Shown here in pieces: positions 60,189 through 64,000 of a DNA stretch of 64,000 nt. Under the pieces are notes generated by a model, which was not told the DNA's origin, made no database searches, and saw only the letters and a list, made by a program, of their open reading frames with translations. Position numbers and translations under genes: made by a program. Numbering within the stretch: the first letter of the stretch is position 1; every line of letters starts with the position of its first letter. Source of the DNA: Nannocystales bacterium (GTDB lineage: Bacteria > Myxococcota_A > Polyangia > Nannocystales > Nannocystaceae); NCBI GenBank assembly GCA_050633305.1, contig JBOEGF010000002.1:64001-128000 (forward strand). Direction: 5' to 3'.

Positions 60189-61649
60189 CTACGGTTCTCC
60201 AAACAGCGAGGTGTCGACGATGCGGTGGATGAGGCGGTTTGCGGAGTGGCCGTCGCTGGGCAGGGTCTCGGCGAGCGACACCATGACCTCACGCTCGGGC
60301 CCGATCGCCGCGCGACCCAGGGCGTGCTCGAACAGCGTCTGCGTCATCGCGGCGCGGAAGTACTCCGACTGCGATGCCACCTGTCCCCACTCGACCACGC
60401 TGTTCACCGGGACTCCAAGCAGCTGACTCCGCTGAGCCTCCGGATCCCAGTGCTCGATCCAGTTCGACGGACGGTTCTCGTCGTACAGGCCGATGTCGAA
60501 GGGAAACTCGATGCCGTGGTAGTAGGAGAACGCGTAGGCGAGCGGGTCGAGCGTCGAATGACACTGGGCGCACGCAGGCTCAGCCACCCCCTTGTCGTCG
60601 ACATCGAGGGGCTCCCCTGCGACCGGAACGATGCCTTCGTTGTTGGACAGATCCATCCCCAAGTAGGCGCGATACGCTTGAGCCGCGGTGGTTCGCGGCA
60701 GGGCGCTGAACATGGTGTTGCTCATCAGGAACCACTGCGTGGTGAGCATGCCGGCGCGTTGTTCCGGCTCCAGTGGCTGGCCGCCTGCGACCGCGTCGTC
60801 CTCGTAGGTGTTTGGGATGGCGCCTTCGACGGGGCTGAGCGTTCCGTCGACGTCCTCGAGCACGTGGTACTGCGCCGTCAACAGCTCACGAATGTCGCGG
60901 TCGTCGCTCAGCAAGTAGCGCCAGAGCCTGTAGTCCCAGTTGTAGTCGGCGAGTACGATGCGAAAGCCGTCGAAGTAGACTTGGGTCTCGGGGCCGACCG
61001 AGTAGATGGGCTTGACCTTGGTATCGGCGAGCTGCCTCAGCCCCGTCGTTCGCCAGTAGGCGCCGTCGAGACACGCCGCAAGATCCTCGTGCAGTCGGGC
61101 GCGCTGTGCTTCACCGTCGAGTTCGCCGATCTGGTTCAGCGCCTCGTAGGTGGGTGAAGACCCGCAGTACAGGACCATCGCCCGGCGGTAGGCGAGCCGG
61201 ACATCGTAGTCGCCGACCCGGTACCAAGGGTTCTCGGAGTCCTCGTCGACCGGAACGGGCGACCACAGCGACTCCGCATTCCCCGGCTGGGTTCCGACGA
61301 GAATCTCATCGAGGTTCGACGCGCCATCACCATCGGCGTCCGCCCCCTCCACGGCGGCGAGTGCGTCGGCGAGTCCCGTGTCGAAGTCAGCGCCGTCGAG
61401 TGCCCCGAGCAGCGCCCCACCATACGCGTTCCACTGGGGCGGGTCGGTCGAGGGGTGGCACGTCTCGCACGTTGGCAAGCGGCCCAAGCAGTCGGGACTG
61501 GACGGATAGGTCTCGCACAGCAGCGCGGGACCGGAAGGACGGGCCTCGGCAGGAGACGCGGCGAGCCACGTCAGCGCGAGGAGGGCCATGGGGGGTCCGA
61601 ATCGCCGCGCACGCGCGGCCCCGAACCCTCGTGTATCGAGGGTGTTCAT
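60189..61649 (-). CDS. Secreted diheme DUF1588/DUF1585-like protein
   Basis: Signal peptide (AEA), CETCH, DADGDGASN.DE...GT.PG, AGMLTT, CAQCH..LDP, LFEHALGR. Confidence 0.85.
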   Translation of the reverse strand: MNTLDTRGFGAARARRFGPPMALLALTWLAASPAEARPSGPALLCETYPSSPDCLGRLPTCETCHPSTDPPQWNAYGGALLGALDGADFDTGLADALAAVEGADADGDGASNLDEILVGTQPGNAESLWSPVPVDEDSENPWYRVGDYDVRLAYRRAMVLYCGSSPTYEALNQIGELDGEAQRARLHEDLAACLDGAYWRTTGLRQLADTKVKPIYSVGPETQVYFDGFRIVLADYNWDYRLWRYLLSDDRDIRELLTAQYHVLEDVDGTLSPVEGAIPNTYEDDAVAGGQPLEPEQRAGMLTTQWFLMSNTMFSALPRTTAAQAYRAYLGMDLSNNEGIVPVAGEPLDVDDKGVAEPACAQCHSTLDPLAYAFSYYHGIEFPFDIGLYDENRPSNWIEHWDPEAQRSQLLGVPVNSVVEWGQVASQSEYFRAAMTQTLFEHALGRAAIGPEREVMVSLAETLPSDGHSANRLIHRIVDTSLFGEP

Positions 61650-61713
61650 GTCGTTTCCTGGGGTTCAACACCGAGCGCCACCGGAGGTGTCACCGCGTCG
61701 GTGGGGCTCACGC

Positions 61714-62685
61714 TCAGTGTTCGCTGAGCTCGCACGGTTGCTCGCCGTGAATGTGCGGTGGGGGATCCAGCGCAACGGCGATAGAAATCAAGATCAAGCT
61801 GAGCACCACAAGCCGGCCGATCCAGCCGGCGAGGTGCTCCCAACGGGGGTCTTCTTCCACGCGGCCGCGCAGCATGGAGCGAGCCAAGGGGACCGCCAGA
61901 GCGAGCTGAACGAGCGCGGTCGCGGCCAAGACGTATGTCGCGGGCTCAAACACGCCATCGAGGTTTCCGGTGAGAGCCAACGACGCCACGAGCACGTTGA
62001 GGCCGAGATTCAGCCAGACACCCCACGCCCGCAGCCTGAACAAGCCGACGAGCGCGACGACCATCCCGACCGCGCACGCGTCGGTCAGCAGAAAGCGGTA
62101 GTCGTGAGACTGCGTGACCGCGATGAGGGTAAGCGCATCGGACGAGGCCAGCACCAGCGCCCACGTCATCGCGACACGGTGGCCTGCGGGCGCGAAGGTG
62201 CCCGCGTATCGCTCAGGCTCCAGACCCTGGTCGCCCAGAACGAGACGCGCGACGCCAAAGGTGATCGAGGCAACAGGAAACAGGACCGGGAAGAGTCCGG
62301 GAACCCCGAGCATCCCCACCGTGCCCAGCACCAGAAAAGACCAACAGCAGGCCCTCACGTACATCTGCGCCCCGACCTGTGGAAACCAGACGGCCGCCGC
62401 ACAGACCACGGCTGCGCCCACGGGAAACATACCCATCGCGACCACCTCGGATTGAGGCAACTGAGCGCAGACGCTCTCGACGATCGGATGCAGCAATATG
62501 CTGAGTATCCACGCCATGACACTTGAGACACACGCGATCGTGACTACGAGTCGTCGGCCGGCCCGGGCACGGGTGCACCGAATCAGGGTCCGCTCGAAGG
62601 CCGCGACCGGTGGTGGCGTGGGCGTGCTGGACTGAACTTGCGCCAAGACAGCGTCGAAGTCGTACCGTTCGCTCGATCCGCTCAT
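61714..62685 (-). CDS. Multi-TM membrane protein, putative anti-sigma factor
   Basis: About 9 hydrophobic segments; ATGA overlap with the sigma gene. Confidence 0.8.
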   Translation of the reverse strand: MSGSSERYDFDAVLAQVQSSTPTPPPVAAFERTLIRCTRARAGRRLVVTIACVSSVMAWILSILLHPIVESVCAQLPQSEVVAMGMFPVGAAVVCAAAVWFPQVGAQMYVRACCWSFLVLGTVGMLGVPGLFPVLFPVASITFGVARLVLGDQGLEPERYAGTFAPAGHRVAMTWALVLASSDALTLIAVTQSHDYRFLLTDACAVGMVVALVGLFRLRAWGVWLNLGLNVLVASLALTGNLDGVFEPATYVLAATALVQLALAVPLARSMLRGRVEEDPRWEHLAGWIGRLVVLSLILISIAVALDPPPHIHGEQPCELSEH

Positions 62686-63239
62686 GGGGTCCCACTCCCC
62701 TCTACGCTCGCGCGAAGCATCGACTCCGCTCGGGAGGCGCGAGCGTGTGCGGTGGAGGTCGCGAGACTCAGGAGGCGTGCCACGTCCTTGAGGGGAAGCT
62801 GCTGCACGTAGCGAAGCACGAACACCTCGCGAAGGTTGTCGGGCAGACCGTCGAGTGCATCGTGAAAACGAGCCAACGCGCGCTGCTCTCTCAAGACGTC
62901 CTCGGGTGTTGCGAGGGTGTTCTCGGGCTCGGGAAGCCGGGCGGCCGCCCGCCGCCGTCGCTTGGCTCGATGGTTACGCGCGACGTTGAGTGCGATGCCG
63001 TGCAACCAGGTGCGCTCTGACGACGCACCCCGGAACCCCTCGAGGGCCTCGTACGCTCGGATGAAGGTCTCGTTGACGAGGTCATCGGTCGCATCGGCGT
63101 CACGGGTCAGCACGGAGATCTGCCGCGCAATCGCATCCCGGTGGGCGCCGTACAGGGCCCGAATCCGGGTATGCCGCGTCTCCTGAACGTCGGCGCGAGC
63201 CATTTCGGCGGGCAGCGGTTGTCGCGGCAACGCGGTCAC
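62682..63239 (-). CDS. ECF sigma-70 factor
   Basis: DDLVNETFIRAY...FRG.SS.RTWL.GIA.N; LREVFVLR...VARLL. Confidence 0.93.
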   Translation of the reverse strand: MTALPRQPLPAEMARADVQETRHTRIRALYGAHRDAIARQISVLTRDADATDDLVNETFIRAYEALEGFRGASSERTWLHGIALNVARNHRAKRRRRAAARLPEPENTLATPEDVLREQRALARFHDALDGLPDNLREVFVLRYVQQLPLKDVARLLSLATSTAHARASRAESMLRASVEGSGTP

Positions 63240-63258
63240 CTGTGTATGAGTGTCGCGG

Positions 63259-63278
63259 CGACCTGGTTTTCCAGGTCG
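63259..63278. promoter_or_regulatory. Inverted repeat upstream of the ECF sigma gene
   Basis: CGACCTGG-TTTT-CCAGGTCG. Confidence 0.45.
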
Positions 63279-63315
63279 AAGCCCCGTAGGCGGCGAGGCG
63301 CCTCAGGCGCGAGCC

Positions 63316-64000
63316 TCACCGCAGCGGCAGGTTCCAGAAACTAAGCATGCCTAGACCCGTCTCACTGGTGATCCAGGGACCCGCGAGCACGTGCCCGCGG
63401 TAGGTGATCCCCGTCGCATCGGTCGCTGGGCCCGAGAGCATCAGCCGCACCTCGCCTGCTTCGGCGCTGCCGCCGACGACAGTCACCGCGGACCCCTCCA
63501 CGACAAAATCCGCCTCGGCGCCGGGGTCGTAGGTCATGGGCTCGTCGGCGTTGCGTAGCGAGATCACGATCTGCATTCCATCGTCCTCCAACGTCGCGCT
63601 CATGGGGTTGGGGGGCTGGACATCTGCGGCAGGCGTCTCTGCGTACAGGTCCCTCCCCAGCAATGCGGCGTAGCGCTCGCCGAGCACCTCGTAGCCCTCG
63701 GCGTACGCGTAGTGACATCCGTCGTGCCCATCCAGGCCGTTGGTCGACATGACGGTGACGCCGTCCATCGTATCTGGAAGCGTCCGCTGCCACTCGCGGG
63801 TCCGAATGTGGTTGCCCCCACACCCTTCACGAAGCTGGGTCACGTAGAGCTGCTCGATGTCGGGGTAGTCCTCCGACCAGTCCTCGATCAGGGCTTCGAA
63901 CCCGGTGGAATGGGCCTCCCAAGCCTCTCCGTCGGACTCCCCTTGGTACCAGAGAATCGCCCGCACATCGTCCGTCAAGCCGGCGGCCTGCATCCGATAC
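63316..64000 (-). CDS. Sialate O-acetylesterase (SASA/SGNH) domain protein, 5'-truncated by the window edge
   Basis: AILWYQGESD and DGCHY motifs. Confidence 0.88.
   Translation of the reverse strand, partial: YRMQAAGLTDDVRAILWYQGESDGEAWEAHSTGFEALIEDWSEDYPDIEQLYVTQLREGCGGNHIRTREWQRTLPDTMDGVTVMSTNGLDGHDGCHYAYAEGYEVLGERYAALLGRDLYAETPAADVQPPNPMSATLEDDGMQIVISLRNADEPMTYDPGAEADFVVEGSAVTVVGGSAEAGEVRLMLSGPATDATGITYRGHVLAGPWITSETGLGMLSFWNLPLR

Overview
High-GC window, most likely from a myxobacterium of the Nannocystaceae type. This is inferred from two MYXO-CTERM proteins, about 20 lipoproteins (many Cys-rich) with Ser/Thr/Gly/Asp linkers, DUF2330, DUF1501 operons, three ECF sigma factors and an FHA protein. 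It is an accessory, cell-envelope-rich region; I found no rRNA, convincing tRNA or CRISPR array. Main units: a WHG-type TetR regulator with an RND efflux operon ending in an ECF sigma factor; a module of outer-membrane protein, ECF sigma, anti-sigma and Cys-rich lipoprotein; three LysR loci; an AraC-CocE pair; a GST; a pentaheme cytochrome lipoprotein; and two convergent operons each pairing a diheme DUF1588/DUF1585-like protein with a Tat-exported DUF1501 protein, flanking an uncharacterised HExxH protein. Many spacers in the left 25 kb are short gene scraps (tyrosine recombinase, FG-GAP, MBL-fold, IS3, ABC1 kinase, three IS91-like pieces), pointing to heavy gene turnover. All family calls come from motif recognition by eye; no database searches were run and start codons are best guesses.
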